A stretch of 63,992 nt of DNA, the filler included, from Octopus bimaculoides (lineage: Eukaryota): NCBI RefSeq assembly GCF_001194135.2. It is 7 parts of 7 records of this genome, joined end to end, with 100 filler letters (N's around TTAATTAATTAA, not from the genome) between each part and the next. Parts side by side here need not be neighbours in the genome. Positions count along the whole stretch, not along the records: positions 61,619 to 63,992 come from NC_069004.1; 6 more parts are not named here. One strand, 5' to 3'. The notes beneath the pieces are model-generated. The model did no database searches. It worked only from the letters and a program-made list of their open reading frames with translations, and had not been told where the DNA came from. Positions 63,417 through 63,992 of this stretch are shown piece after piece; positions within the stretch are counted from its first letter, which is position 1; each line of letters starts with the position of its first letter. The position numbers and the translations under genes were made by a program.

Positions 63417-63496
63417 GTGAATGCCGAGGTGTTGGAGGAATATTCTTTGATGATTTGAACGACAGGAGCCCAGATGAGATCTTTAATTTTGTTAAG
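63417..63496 (+). CDS. CPOX: CPOX internal exon (phase 1-0), (G)[26 protein letters not shown]
   Basis: Acceptor ttttctgtag, donor gtaacc, 80 nt, phase compatible. Carries the [11 protein letters not shown] signature. Upstream and downstream exons were not found in the window. Confidence 0.97.
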
Positions 63497-63992
63497 GTAA
63501 CCATGGCTGTCTTTCTAACTTGTATTCAGTTATTGGGTGTATATAGCAGAAGACTTCAGTGTTATATTGGTTTCGAATTTTGACACAAGGCCAGCAATTT
63601 CAGGGGAGCTGGATAAGTTGTTTACCAATGATCAACTGGTACTTATTTTATCAACCCTGAAAGGCAAAGATGACCTTGGTTATTATATAATGGTTATTAT
63701 ATTGACTTTATCATCTGTCTTTTGCTTGTCTTAATTACTGGATTGCAGCAAATATGTTGGGGTACCACTTCGAAGGAATTGATCAAACAAATCAATGCCA
63801 ATACTTTTTTGTTTCAAGCTTTATGCTTAATCTATTGGACTCGTTTTTTGCTGAACCTCTAAGTTATGAGGATATAAACAAACCAACACTGGTTGTCAAC
63901 TGGTGGTGTGGTGGTGGTGGTGGTGGGAGAGGGGTACAAACACAAACGCACACATGCTCACATACATACATATATATATAACTTAGAGGTTC

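Noticed and set aside
63417-63425. Cys in ECRG where human CPOX has ERRG
   Set aside because: As I recall this position varies among orthologues (T, Q, S), so it is not notable.

Overview
Repeat-saturated, gap-rich animal genomic DNA, most likely a cephalopod such as Octopus (inferred from the microsatellite density and SINE/RTE landscape). Six identical artificial linkers (N44-TTAATTAATTAA-N44) split the window into seven pieces: 1-16856, 16957-20505, 20606-30012, 30113-54260, 54361-57184, 57285-61518 and 61619-63992. Adjacency across these linkers is not shown by the sequence. The only confidently identified gene is three internal exons of coproporphyrinogen III oxidase (CPOX, + strand, 61928-63496). 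One good orphan coiled-coil exon lies at 21883-21993 (-). The rest is tRNA-derived SINEs of four families, RTE and RLE-type non-LTR retrotransposon fragments, Tc1/mariner remnants and MITEs, long inverted repeats and microsatellites. Nearly all supplied ORFs are artefacts of N runs or simple repeats. Most interesting: (1) a ~200-bp (TA)n-embedded, Penelope-like element carrying a minimal type I hammerhead-ribozyme fold with a non-canonical CUGUUGA core, shared by a second decayed copy; (2) a SINE that forms head-to-tail dimers at the same A-box site three times; (3) two adjacent long hairpins at 28.6-29.1 kb; (4) CpG decay in repeats that marks probable methylated gene bodies. Family names A-D are my own labels. 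All identifications are by eye, with no database search.
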